DNA of 64,000 nt from a virus (taxonomy: Duplodnaviria; Caudoviricetes): IMG/VR virus record IMGVR_UViG_3300023053_000001, positions 204,459 through 268,458 of that record. One strand, 5' to 3'. Shown here in pieces: positions 37,315 to 46,253 of the stretch. The position numbers and the translations under genes are program-made. The number at the start of each line of letters is the position of its first letter. Position 1 is the first letter of the stretch. The notes beneath the pieces were generated by a model, which did not search any database, had not been told where the DNA came from, and saw nothing but the letters and a program-made list of their open reading frames with translations.

Positions 37315-37890
37315 ATGAGCAACGAGCCCAAAATCTCCGAGTCGCAGAAGCTCAACGGCCCTGCGCTGGACATGGCGCTCGATGACATCCTCCGACTGTC
37401 CAAAGAAGACGTGCCGCGGCTGCCCGCGGCCGCCTTCATTGCACTGATCCTCACCCCGCTCACCGAGCGGAACATTCCGCTGTTCCGGGAAAACTGGATG
37501 CGGATTGCCGGGGCGCTCCAGCGCCCCATTGAGGTAGTGGATGCGTCGGGGGAATCGATCCATCGTGCGCCCTCCATCGTGATGCAGATTCCGGCACGCG
37601 TGTCTGAAAGTCATCGGGACTCCCTGTCGGAGATCTCCGAGCAGGCTGCCAAATACTCCGAATACAACGGACGTATGGGGCAGATGTACATGGCTGACAA
37701 CATGCGCGGTCGGAACATTCCTGTCATTGGCCACCTCCAGACGATGCTGGACTGGAATGTGTTGGCCCAGAAGCTTGATCAACCTGCGCCCTTTGCTGGA
37801 CTGGCGGAGGTCAAGACCTCTTCCTCTTCCACCGGTGCAGTCAGTGATGATGCGCCCATGTTCACCCAGAGCGCTGATGAAGACTTCTGA
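37315..37890 (+). CDS. Conserved hypothetical protein (191 aa)
   Basis: Tight packing in the operon. Confidence 0.7.
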   Translation: MSNEPKISESQKLNGPALDMALDDILRLSKEDVPRLPAAAFIALILTPLTERNIPLFRENWMRIAGALQRPIEVVDASGESIHRAPSIVMQIPARVSESHRDSLSEISEQAAKYSEYNGRMGQMYMADNMRGRNIPVIGHLQTMLDWNVLAQKLDQPAPFAGLAEVKTSSSSTGAVSDDAPMFTQSADEDF

Positions 37891-39019
37891 AATCGACGTA
37901 ACTGAACTGGCGTCCGCAGTGCGTAAATCGCTGCGGACGCTCAGCGTCAGCGATGCACATCTCGGGCATCGTAAAACCCCAACCGAGTTCATCATTGCCA
38001 ACCTGGATCGGGACTTCGCACCCGGTGCATGGTGGGACGATGTGGATGTGTTGTTCTTCGTTGGCGATCTGTTTGACCGGGGCTTGACTGCCTATGACCC
38101 GCAGCTGTTCATGATTACTGCGTGGTTCAGGCGGATCTTGCGTACGGCCAAAAAGCACAACGTCATCGTACGTGCCGTGGAAGGTACTCCGCTCCATGAG
38201 TGGGGTCAGTCGCGCTGGATGGAAGAAGCCAACGCCGGTATCGGTGCAGACTTCAAATGGGTGAAGACCCTGAGCATCGAGCATATCGACCAACTGGGCA
38301 TTGACGTGCTCTACGTTCCCGATGAGTGGAAACCGAACCCGGACGATGTGTGGAAGGATGTGGTACGAGCGCTGGACGATGCGGGCTTGCAGCAGGTGGA
38401 TTACACCTTGTTCCATGCCACGTTCGATCATCAGCTCCCGGACATTGACATCCCCAAACATGTCTCCAAGCGGTATCAGGAGATCACTCGCCGCTATGTG
38501 TTCTCTGGTCACATCCACCAGAGTTCGCGCAACGGCAATATCCTGTGTAATGGTTCTTATGACCGCATCTCGCACGGCGAGGAAGGGCCTAAGGGCTTCT
38601 GGGATGTGACGTGGAACAACGGGCGTGACAAGATCACGTTCGTGGAAAACACCGGCGCCATGATCTACAAGACGTACGACTGCACCGACAAGTCGATGCC
38701 TGAGATCTTGGCACATCTCAAAGATGCTGCTAATTTGCCGCAGAACAGCCATGCGCGTATCAAGGCCCGTCGGAGCGATCCGATCCTGGCCAGCATGCAA
38801 GAGGTCAAGAGTATGTACCCGCACCTCTACTGGTCTGAAAAGACGGTGGACGCCAAGGACCTACAGAAGACCATGTTGGTGGACAAGCGTTCAGAATTCC
38901 GGCAGGTCCAGCTCACTGAGCAGAACTTGCCTGAACTGTTGCTGGCGCGCATCAGCGCCAAGACCACTGACCCCATCTTGCTGCAGCGCTGCAAGGAACT
39001 GCTGGCGGAGAACTGCTGA
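37877..39019 (+). CDS. sbcD: SbcD/Mre11-like metallophosphoesterase nuclease (380 aa)
   Basis: SDAHLG, FVGDLFD, VEGTPLHE, FHATF, FSGHIH; likely start ATG 37877. Confidence 0.88.
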   Translation: MKTSEIDVTELASAVRKSLRTLSVSDAHLGHRKTPTEFIIANLDRDFAPGAWWDDVDVLFFVGDLFDRGLTAYDPQLFMITAWFRRILRTAKKHNVIVRAVEGTPLHEWGQSRWMEEANAGIGADFKWVKTLSIEHIDQLGIDVLYVPDEWKPNPDDVWKDVVRALDDAGLQQVDYTLFHATFDHQLPDIDIPKHVSKRYQEITRRYVFSGHIHQSSRNGNILCNGSYDRISHGEEGPKGFWDVTWNNGRDKITFVENTGAMIYKTYDCTDKSMPEILAHLKDAANLPQNSHARIKARRSDPILASMQEVKSMYPHLYWSEKTVDAKDLQKTMLVDKRSEFRQVQLTEQNLPELLLARISAKTTDPILLQRCKELLAENC

Positions 39020-39867
39020 TGAACGATAAGCTGCTCGCCCTGATTGATGGGCGGGAAAAGGGAGCGGTGCCGGTTTCGATCGGCACCTCCCTGGCCCTTG
39101 AAGGGGCGTTTGGCGAGTACCCGGATCGTCCGGTCTCCCCTGCGCCCATCCTTAAAGTCAAAGAAGTCTGGTTCAATGTACGCACCGTTATCCGAAACCT
39201 CATAGAAGCCATTCCTACTGATCAGCGCGAGGCGCTGACCGCGGAGGCGCTATGGCCGGCCTTGGTTGAGGAGATGACCATTATCGATGCTGCGGTGGTC
39301 CGCGGATCGACGGGTCTGACGCGTGCTGTGTTCTACCTGAACAACTACCTGCACCTGCAGCGAAAGTTCCCCCGTGCCATCTTGCGTCACGCCCACACTC
39401 CCAAGCAGGTCTTCATGGCCAGCATGGAAGATAAGCTGTTGCGTATGTTGGCCAAAGATCCGGTGTCTGTTGATTATCGTACGTTCCGCACGCACGAGAT
39501 CGATGGGCAGCATCCGGAAAGCTTCATCGTGACCCACTATCCTGTCGATTTGCTCTCCCGGTACTCGTTCAAGAACTTGGAACTGCTCGAATCCCACACC
39601 GGGGCTATCAAGCCCTATTCGGAGTGGCATACCAAGCTCACCAACGGGAACGCCTTGGAGAACCTGCCGTTCTGTCCTCTGACCCTGCAATTGTTCGGTG
39701 ACAAGGGGAATCACTTCTCCTCGATGCCGACCAAGATCAGGCAGCAGATTTTGGACATTGCCGATGCCGATCATTGGTCATCGGTCACCACCCGCGACAA
39801 GATTGTCCTGTCGATGCGCCGGATCGCACACCCGGCTGACAAGGCGATCTTGATGGCGATGCTGTAA
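39019..39867 (+). CDS. Conserved Chimalliviridae protein (282 aa; phiKZ gp66-like position)
   Basis: Stop/start overlap with the sbcD-like gene. Confidence 0.7.
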   Translation: MNDKLLALIDGREKGAVPVSIGTSLALEGAFGEYPDRPVSPAPILKVKEVWFNVRTVIRNLIEAIPTDQREALTAEALWPALVEEMTIIDAAVVRGSTGLTRAVFYLNNYLHLQRKFPRAILRHAHTPKQVFMASMEDKLLRMLAKDPVSVDYRTFRTHEIDGQHPESFIVTHYPVDLLSRYSFKNLELLESHTGAIKPYSEWHTKLTNGNALENLPFCPLTLQLFGDKGNHFSSMPTKIRQQILDIADADHWSSVTTRDKIVLSMRRIAHPADKAILMAML

Positions 39868-39914
39868 TTCTTGACCCATCGTATTCATTAGTTGTACTGC
39901 ACCAAGGACCTGAC

Positions 39915-40661
39915 ATGAGCTACAACCAACAGGGTGGCCAGCGCCCCCCGCGTAAACTGACCATCCTCGACGATTTCCGCATGCGTCTGGTCGGTCCGGT
40001 CGCCAATGGCGGCGAGCGCCCCGTGACCCTCGTCTGCACCGTCAAGAAGAACCGTCCGGTCATCGTGGTCAAGACCAACGTGCCCGGCGACAAGCAGTTC
40101 GGCCAGATCCAGGCCGAATGGCCCGATGCCATGAGCTTCGAGATGTTCCTCGAAGAACTCGAGAACGCCGACAAGATCGAAGCGACCAAGCGTACGGCCG
40201 GCAAGATCTCCGACTTCCCCTTCCAGCAGGGTGGTCGTTCCAAGGAACTGAAGCTGGCAGCCACGGCCTTCGTCGGCCGCGAACAGGACGGTACGGTGTA
40301 CATCGCCGTGGTCTCCTGGGACCAGTCGCGCCCGGTCGTCAAGATCCCGGTGCGCCCCAGCCAGTACATGAACTGGATCGGTCCGGACGGCCAGCCGCTG
40401 TCGGCTGAAGCGGCCAGCCTGCGCTTCGCCCGTGCCTACGCGCGCACCGTGCGTGGCATCATGCACCAGGTCCTGATCAACGAGTACGAGCCGCCGGCTC
40501 CGCGTCCGCAGAACGGCGGCGGTGGTGGCGGTTACGGTGGTGGCGGTGGTGGCGGTGGCTACCAGAACCAGAACCGTGGCGGCGGCCAGCAGCAGTCGGG
40601 CGGTGGTGGCGGTGGTGGTAACAGCGACGCCGGCCTCGGCGGCGACGAATGGCCGATGTAA
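39915..40661 (+). CDS. chmC: ChmC-like nucleus-associated RNA/ssDNA-binding protein (248 aa)
   Basis: Compact domain plus Gly/Gln/Asn-rich tail; immediately upstream of the gp68-like subunit and picA (recalled synteny). Confidence 0.7.
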   Translation: MSYNQQGGQRPPRKLTILDDFRMRLVGPVANGGERPVTLVCTVKKNRPVIVVKTNVPGDKQFGQIQAEWPDAMSFEMFLEELENADKIEATKRTAGKISDFPFQQGGRSKELKLAATAFVGREQDGTVYIAVVSWDQSRPVVKIPVRPSQYMNWIGPDGQPLSAEAASLRFARAYARTVRGIMHQVLINEYEPPAPRPQNGGGGGGYGGGGGGGGYQNQNRGGGQQQSGGGGGGGNSDAGLGGDEWPM

Positions 40662-40669
40662 TTCGGCTG

Positions 40670-40704
40670 GCATAAAAGCCGGGCTCCGTAATGGAGCCCG
40701 GTTT
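40670..40704 (+). terminator. Stem-loop after chmC
   Basis: gcataaaa-gccgggctcc-gtaat-ggagcccggt-tt. Confidence 0.7.
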
Positions 40705-40732
40705 CCTATTTAACTCTGGGGAGAGTCCAACT

Positions 40733-40999
40733 GTGTTCTTTCTTGCATGCCTTGGCTTTGCAACTGCTGTCAATGCGTTAACCTACCTATACCTGCGTCT
40801 GAATCGTTATCGATTCAGGCGGGGTGAGAACCTGTGTGTGGTAATCACTACCATGCTGATTTGGATACCAATGCTGATGGGGGCGAACGCCGGCTCTAAG
40901 AGCGTCATGGCGATGGCGCTATGGGTATTGGTGACTGTGGGCAATCTGGTGCTTTACCTCAAATACATGCACCGCAATCATCAGACTGCCGTGAGTTGA
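40733..40999 (+). CDS. Small AT-rich membrane protein (about 88 aa, 3 TM)
   Basis: GTG start after ggggaga; three hydrophobic segments; low GC. Confidence 0.55.
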   Translation: MFFLACLGFATAVNALTYLYLRLNRYRFRRGENLCVVITTMLIWIPMLMGANAGSKSVMAMALWVLVTVGNLVLYLKYMHRNHQTAVS

Positions 41000-41020
41000 T
41001 CCAAAAATAACTCAGTCACT

Positions 41021-41039
41021 TATTATCCCTTAGTGAGCC
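41021..41039 (+). promoter_or_regulatory. Candidate early promoter TAyTATC-nn-TTAGTGAGCC, copy 1
   Basis: 16/19 identical to 46193-46211; both precede nvRNAP subunit genes. Confidence 0.55.
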
Positions 41040-41066
41040 CAGCGCTTACGAGTAATTGGAGTCCCC

Positions 41067-42659
41067 ATGAAGATTGAGATTTTGACCGAAAACGGGGCAT
41101 CGCCACGTGTAGTTACCGTATCCCATCAAAAGCGTAATGCGGATGGCTCGGTGGATACGGTGTCCCTGGAATTCAACATCAGCACGTACACCAAAACCTC
41201 GGATCGCTCCGAGTCGGTGGACACGACCAAGATGTTCAACGAGATCAATTCCTACTTGGCCACCCGGCCGCAGCAGGAACTCGATGCCATCATGAGCGTG
41301 TATGAACGTGCGCACGAAGTGTTCCAGCATCAGTACGAGCTGAGCGCTTTGGAAAAGACGCTGCAGAAGTTGACCCAGGAACTGGACAGTTACCTGGACC
41401 TCAAAGCGATCCGCGACTGGGTCGTGTTCCATTCCAAGATCGGTATTCCGGCCTCGGTCCATGAGACCTACGCCGACAACGACATGCAGGACTACGTGGA
41501 TCGCACGTACGTCCGCAAGGACTATCTGGACTTGGTCGCCATGACCATTGCTCTGCGTCCGATGGTGCCGATCTGGGGCGAGTACATCGCCATGAATGAA
41601 ACGGTGACCGGCAGTAACATGAAGGAGAACGTGGCCTTCATGCTGCTGTACTACACCAAGCTGGTGGTCAGTGAACCGATGGAGCGCCTGCGCCGTTACG
41701 TGGCAGCCACCATTGCCAACTCCAAGGAGAACACCGTCAATGCGGCGGCGATTCTGACCACCCTGGGTTCGACCAGCACGCCGGACTGGGTGACCTCGCT
41801 GGCCGTGGTGCGTCGACTGGCCATTGGTGAGATCACCATCACCGATGACAACTCCTCCATCGTGACCAACATCTTCCAGTACATCGGAAACACCCTGCGC
41901 TCGCTGGACCGCAAGTTCGGTAAGCAGTTCGGTGGTAAGGTCACGGACAAGTCCGATGTGACGCCCGGTCGCGGTGGGTCGGATGAACAATCCGTCTCGG
42001 CACCGGAACGTTACAAGGTCAAGCAGGTCGTGGCCGATGGCGACATCGTCGCATTGTCGGTCTACACCGAAGACGTGCATGGCATGGTGGCACGTATTGA
42101 CGATACGGTTCCCAAGGAACTGATCGACCAGTGCCTGAAGTGCGTGTCTGTCTTGGAGCATGAAGCCATCCGCCGACATCAGGTTACGCTGGTGCAGTGG
42201 GTGCTGAAGAATGCCCTGCCTGCCCACAGCGGCGATTCTCTGGACAAGCCGGCCATCATGCGTGCGATGGCAGCTACCCAGGCTTTGCTGTGGCACTGGC
42301 AGTTCTTCGACCTGGCGGCGTTGACCACCGCAACCCCGCTGCCGATCACCGGCGGTTACGGTTTCGGCAGCAATGACAACAAGGGTCGGTTCCCCAAGGA
42401 AATCGTGGAACGCTTCACCGAGATGTACCCGCATCAGCGCAACGGACAGGGCAAACAAGCCAGCTCGTGGCGCATGAACAATGCCGGTGCAGTGGCCATC
42501 GATACCTTCCAAGAGTTGATCGCTCCGCATGACTGGCGACTCCACTGCCCGCAGGAACTCATGGTGCGCACCAACCGCATCGAGAACCAACGCAGGATGG
42601 TGGTGCCTGGCGATGTCCATAGCCAGTTGGCCCGCATGCTCATTCGCATCCATCAATAA
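41067..42659 (+). CDS. nvRNAP promoter-specificity (sigma-like) subunit (530 aa; phiKZ gp68-like)
   Basis: Size and position between chmC and picA; assignment by recalled synteny. Confidence 0.75.
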   Translation: MKIEILTENGASPRVVTVSHQKRNADGSVDTVSLEFNISTYTKTSDRSESVDTTKMFNEINSYLATRPQQELDAIMSVYERAHEVFQHQYELSALEKTLQKLTQELDSYLDLKAIRDWVVFHSKIGIPASVHETYADNDMQDYVDRTYVRKDYLDLVAMTIALRPMVPIWGEYIAMNETVTGSNMKENVAFMLLYYTKLVVSEPMERLRRYVAATIANSKENTVNAAAILTTLGSTSTPDWVTSLAVVRRLAIGEITITDDNSSIVTNIFQYIGNTLRSLDRKFGKQFGGKVTDKSDVTPGRGGSDEQSVSAPERYKVKQVVADGDIVALSVYTEDVHGMVARIDDTVPKELIDQCLKCVSVLEHEAIRRHQVTLVQWVLKNALPAHSGDSLDKPAIMRAMAATQALLWHWQFFDLAALTTATPLPITGGYGFGSNDNKGRFPKEIVERFTEMYPHQRNGQGKQASSWRMNNAGAVAIDTFQELIAPHDWRLHCPQELMVRTNRIENQRRMVVPGDVHSQLARMLIRIHQ

Positions 42660-42681
42660 CTAACCATAGCGAATCTCTCCA

Positions 42682-44181
42682 ATGATTGTTGAACAGCTTC
42701 TCCTCATCCGCAGCGGAACCTACGATGACGTCCATGTCCGTCCTTACGTCATGGATACCAGCAACGGGAATCTGATTCCCCAGTTGCAGGAACAGACCCA
42801 TTGGGGCAAGAAAACCGAAGCATCCAACCTGGCCGGTATCGCTGGCCAGATGCTGGCACCTTCGGCAGCTCCCATCGGTGTGGTCGCCATTGCAGCGGGC
42901 TGGGGTCAGGCACGCTGTCGCTTCCTGTTGCGTCTGCGCCATGACACCATGGGCGGCGATAGTCAGATCCAGTACCTGACCGGTTACACCGATTACGACG
43001 GCATCAACGAGTTCAGCGGTTCCGTCGACGGCAAGATGCGCCTGTTCGTCAACAACACCATCACCACCCGCGTGTTCAACAAGATGGGCGCCGGCGGTAC
43101 GTTGATTCCGCAGCTGCGGGTCAAGGAAGCGGCCCAGGTGTTGCAGGGCTCGGTGGTGACGGACTTCCGCAAGATGGACAATGCCATGCACACGGTTCGG
43201 CCGGAGGACATCTTCGCCCAGATCGGTGCACAGCACGAGGACACCTCCTTGGGTCCGGTCAACGACATGCGTTCGGCATTCCACACCTCGCCGCTGCGTC
43301 TGTCGCGCCGTATCAATGGTTCGGCCTCGGACTACATGTCCACGATCCTGTCCACCTACCGTACGTCCCTGCGTTCGCAGGACAATGCGGTGCAGGACTG
43401 GGCCGGTCTGGCCAACCAGATGAGCGGTGTAGTGCGTGAAGCCACTCCGATGTCCGATCCGTTCCTGGGCGAGATGATTCGCATGGGAACCTCGCTGTCG
43501 GAAGGCAGTTCGTTCACGTACAACGAGCTGGGCCAGTTCGCCAAGTTCCTGCACGAGAACACCAAGATCGTCGGCATGGATGTCCAGGAACGCAACCAGC
43601 TGCCGACGCGTTCGCTGGGCGATCAGGCACATGTGGGCAACCCGTGGGCCAGTCAGCATTGGGAACCGCAGATTGCTACCATCGCCATGCATGCCATCGC
43701 GGCGAACATGGCGGATCTGATGCTGACCTCGGTGACCTTCCAGTTGACCAACCGCGTCATCGGCGGACAGCCGCGGATGGACATCACTGGTGCAATGGGC
43801 TTCGTTCACGGCATCCCCCTGACGGACTTCCTCACCACGCTGCAGCAGCGTACGCTGGCCAGCGTCTATCGTGACCTGACCCGCAACGGCATGGTGGACG
43901 TGGAAGTGGGCGGCACCATCAACCTGATGGGCAACTCGCACCTGATCGTGAAGTATCAGGAACGTCCGCCGGTGGTGTTTGACACCCCGACCTTCGCCGA
44001 TGCGATCAATGCACCGGTGGTGGCCTACAGTCAGCAGAACGTCAACAACCTGGCCATGGAATTCGACACGCTCGCCAACGCGCTGTCGATGGATCTGAGT
44101 GTTGAGGCATACCAACCCGAGCCGCAAATCGCAATGGGCCCCATCGGCGGCGGTGGCGGTTACAGCGGTCCGGCAATCTGA
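42682..44181 (+). CDS. picA: PicA/Imp1 nuclear import factor (499 aa; phiKZ gp69-like)
   Basis: Position after the gp68-like gene; N-terminal TYDDVHVRPY and GWGQARCRFLL motifs. Confidence 0.72.
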   Translation: MIVEQLLLIRSGTYDDVHVRPYVMDTSNGNLIPQLQEQTHWGKKTEASNLAGIAGQMLAPSAAPIGVVAIAAGWGQARCRFLLRLRHDTMGGDSQIQYLTGYTDYDGINEFSGSVDGKMRLFVNNTITTRVFNKMGAGGTLIPQLRVKEAAQVLQGSVVTDFRKMDNAMHTVRPEDIFAQIGAQHEDTSLGPVNDMRSAFHTSPLRLSRRINGSASDYMSTILSTYRTSLRSQDNAVQDWAGLANQMSGVVREATPMSDPFLGEMIRMGTSLSEGSSFTYNELGQFAKFLHENTKIVGMDVQERNQLPTRSLGDQAHVGNPWASQHWEPQIATIAMHAIAANMADLMLTSVTFQLTNRVIGGQPRMDITGAMGFVHGIPLTDFLTTLQQRTLASVYRDLTRNGMVDVEVGGTINLMGNSHLIVKYQERPPVVFDTPTFADAINAPVVAYSQQNVNNLAMEFDTLANALSMDLSVEAYQPEPQIAMGPIGGGGGYSGPAI

Positions 44182-44202
44182 TCCACAACGAGGAAACCAA
44201 TC

Positions 44203-45768
44203 GTGATTATCGAAAATCTCTACCGACCGGTGCTGAAGTCGGTCAATGCCATCGCCGATGAAACCGGCCTGCTGAGCTGGCAGGAATCGGATCAGCCCGG
44301 TCGTCCGCTGGTCATCGACGATCGTCGCATGGCGCTGCCGATCGATGCGCAGATGGGTCGTCCGAACCCGGCGGTCATCCTGTTCCATCCGCTCAGCGAA
44401 GGCACTCACCGTGGCGAGTCCAAGGTGCTGCAGAAGCTGATGGGTCTGATCCGCCTGCGCGTGTGCGGTTCGCTCATCAAGCTGATGGAGTACATGACCC
44501 AGCTGTGCGCCGACCACGACACCAACCGCAAGCTCTCGCCGGAAGCCAGCCTGATGCTGGCGTGCCTGCCGGACGCTGACGCGCGGACCGTGGAAGACAT
44601 GGGCAAGATCATCGACATCTGCCTGACCAACCCGGACAAGCTGCTGAAGATCTACCTCAAGCGCGGTGGCGAATACCACGGCAAGCGCATGAGCCGCGTC
44701 GGCGTGGTCAGCTTCCCGTTGTGGAACGAGTTCGAGAACGATGAGCGTTCGGTGTTCGGCGTGTCGTTGCGCAAGAAGGACTACATCGGCTTCAAGAAGC
44801 TGCTGGAGTTCATCCTGCCCAAGATCGACGAAAACGAAGGCTACAACTCCGGCTCGATGTCCATGACCGCGCCGTACCTGGACGCGCTGTTGCAGTCCTA
44901 CCTGAAGGTGGCTCGCGACATCAACCAGGCGGCCAAGGCCATCCTGAAGCAGCTGGCCCATCCGGACGAAGTGCTGATCGACATCGACTGGGAAGAAGAC
45001 GCGCGCGATCTGGCGATCTACCGCGACGACCTGCCCTCGATGGAAGACAACATGGGCGCCGATGTGCGTGGCAGCGCCGAAGGAACTGCCGCGGCAGTGC
45101 AGGCCGTGACGGCCGGTGCCAGTGCCATGTTCCCGAAGAAGCTGGGTTCGGCTGCTGACAGCCTGCTGGCCGATCATGCCCCGACCAAGACGGTGGCAGC
45201 GCCGGAGCACCACGGGCACAAGGACGAACGTCCGCTGCAGGCGCACAACCCCGAACCGGTGGCTGAAACCGGTGTGCGTTCGGTGACTGAAGTGATGGCC
45301 CGTCGTCGTGCTGAAGAAGAAGCGCGTCAGCGTGCGCTGTCCGGCTACCCGCCGGCAGGTCACGTGGTTCCGACCCATCATGGCCATGTGGCACACCACG
45401 GTCACGTGGCGCACCACCAGCCGGTTCCGGCCGCGCCGGGTGAGTACGCAGGGTATCACCGTGGCGTGCCGGTGCAGCCGATGCATGCTGGCTATGGCTA
45501 CAACGCTGGTTACGGTACCGCTCCGGGCCCGGGCTATCCGGCGCCGGGTTACCAGACTGCAGTGGTTGATCCCAATGCGGTCGGTGCAGCCAACGCCTAC
45601 GGCGGCCACGTGGTTGCGGCACCGGCGTACAACCCGTACGGGCAGCCGGGTCAGCCGGTGAACCCCTACGCGGCCTACAGCGGCGGTGTGGTTCCGGTGC
45701 AGGGTGGCTATCCGGCCTACCCGTCTCCGGGCATGGGTTACGGCGGCGGCTACCCCAGCGCGGTGTAA
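44203..45768 (+). CDS. Conserved nucleus-block protein (521 aa; phiKZ gp70-like) with a long P/G/Y/H low-complexity tail
   Basis: GTG start with RBS gagga; FHPLSE motif; position before the nvRNAP beta gene. Confidence 0.75.
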   Translation: MIIENLYRPVLKSVNAIADETGLLSWQESDQPGRPLVIDDRRMALPIDAQMGRPNPAVILFHPLSEGTHRGESKVLQKLMGLIRLRVCGSLIKLMEYMTQLCADHDTNRKLSPEASLMLACLPDADARTVEDMGKIIDICLTNPDKLLKIYLKRGGEYHGKRMSRVGVVSFPLWNEFENDERSVFGVSLRKKDYIGFKKLLEFILPKIDENEGYNSGSMSMTAPYLDALLQSYLKVARDINQAAKAILKQLAHPDEVLIDIDWEEDARDLAIYRDDLPSMEDNMGADVRGSAEGTAAAVQAVTAGASAMFPKKLGSAADSLLADHAPTKTVAAPEHHGHKDERPLQAHNPEPVAETGVRSVTEVMARRRAEEEARQRALSGYPPAGHVVPTHHGHVAHHGHVAHHQPVPAAPGEYAGYHRGVPVQPMHAGYGYNAGYGTAPGPGYPAPGYQTAVVDPNAVGAANAYGGHVVAAPAYNPYGQPGQPVNPYAAYSGGVVPVQGGYPAYPSPGMGYGGGYPSAV

Positions 45769-45771
45769 GCG

Positions 45772-45810
45772 GCATAAAGGCGAGGGCCCCCAGCGGGGCC
45801 CTCGTTCTTG
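45772..45810. terminator. Bidirectional terminator
   Basis: gcataaagg-cgagggcccc-cagc-ggggccctcg-ttctt. Confidence 0.75.
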
Positions 45811-45811
45811 A

Positions 45812-46153
45812 CTACTTGATTTTTTGCATCGTTGTGCGGTGGATGTTGGTCAGCATCTCCACCATGTTGAAGTTCGGAATCACCAGCTGCATTTTCTCCA
45901 GTCGGTAATCCTCCGGGCTATTGAACCCGTTCATTCGCATGATGATCCAGTGGTACTGAGGTGCAAACTTCTCCTCTACCAACAGACCCATCAGATCACC
46001 TTCGTACCGCAAGGCGTTGTAAGGGGCGATGTTGCGAACCGTGTTGTCCGGCCGCGCCAGCAGGATGGGCAGATGACATTCGATCATCGTCCGCCACGAT
46101 TCGCTGTAATAGATCGAATCCCCCTCATCGGGAATTCGTTTGGCCAAGGTCAT
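45812..46153 (-). CDS. Small conserved protein (113 aa), weak LysM/P2 gpX-like resemblance
   Basis: Likely start MTLAKR at 46153; YEGDLMGLL...WIIMRMNGFNSPEDY; antisense inside the early block. Confidence 0.6.
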   Translation of the reverse strand: MTLAKRIPDEGDSIYYSESWRTMIECHLPILLARPDNTVRNIAPYNALRYEGDLMGLLVEEKFAPQYHWIIMRMNGFNSPEDYRLEKMQLVIPNFNMVEMLTNIHRTTMQKIK

Positions 46154-46192
46154 GGTCACGAGCAGCCTCGCAGTAAACTTGTTTGAAACACA

Positions 46193-46211
46193 TACTATCA
46201 ATTAGTGAGCC
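46193..46211 (+). promoter_or_regulatory. Candidate early promoter, copy 2
   Basis: tactatcaattagtgagcc, 16/19 identical to 41021-41039. Confidence 0.55.
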
Positions 46212-46253
46212 TACATCCGCTCACTTTGTTTGAATAGCACAGCCGGGAATTAC

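Noticed and set aside
40507-40620. GGT/GGC trinucleotide runs resembling a tandem repeat or microsatellite
   Set aside because: They simply encode the poly-Gly linker of the ChmC-like protein
42640-45609. Very long antisense ORFs (989 aa here; also 27219-29687, 31085-33238, 46221-48407, 60261-62396, 3210-4976)
   Set aside because: Shadow frames produced by strong GC3 bias on the opposite strand of real genes; no RBS or recognisable motifs
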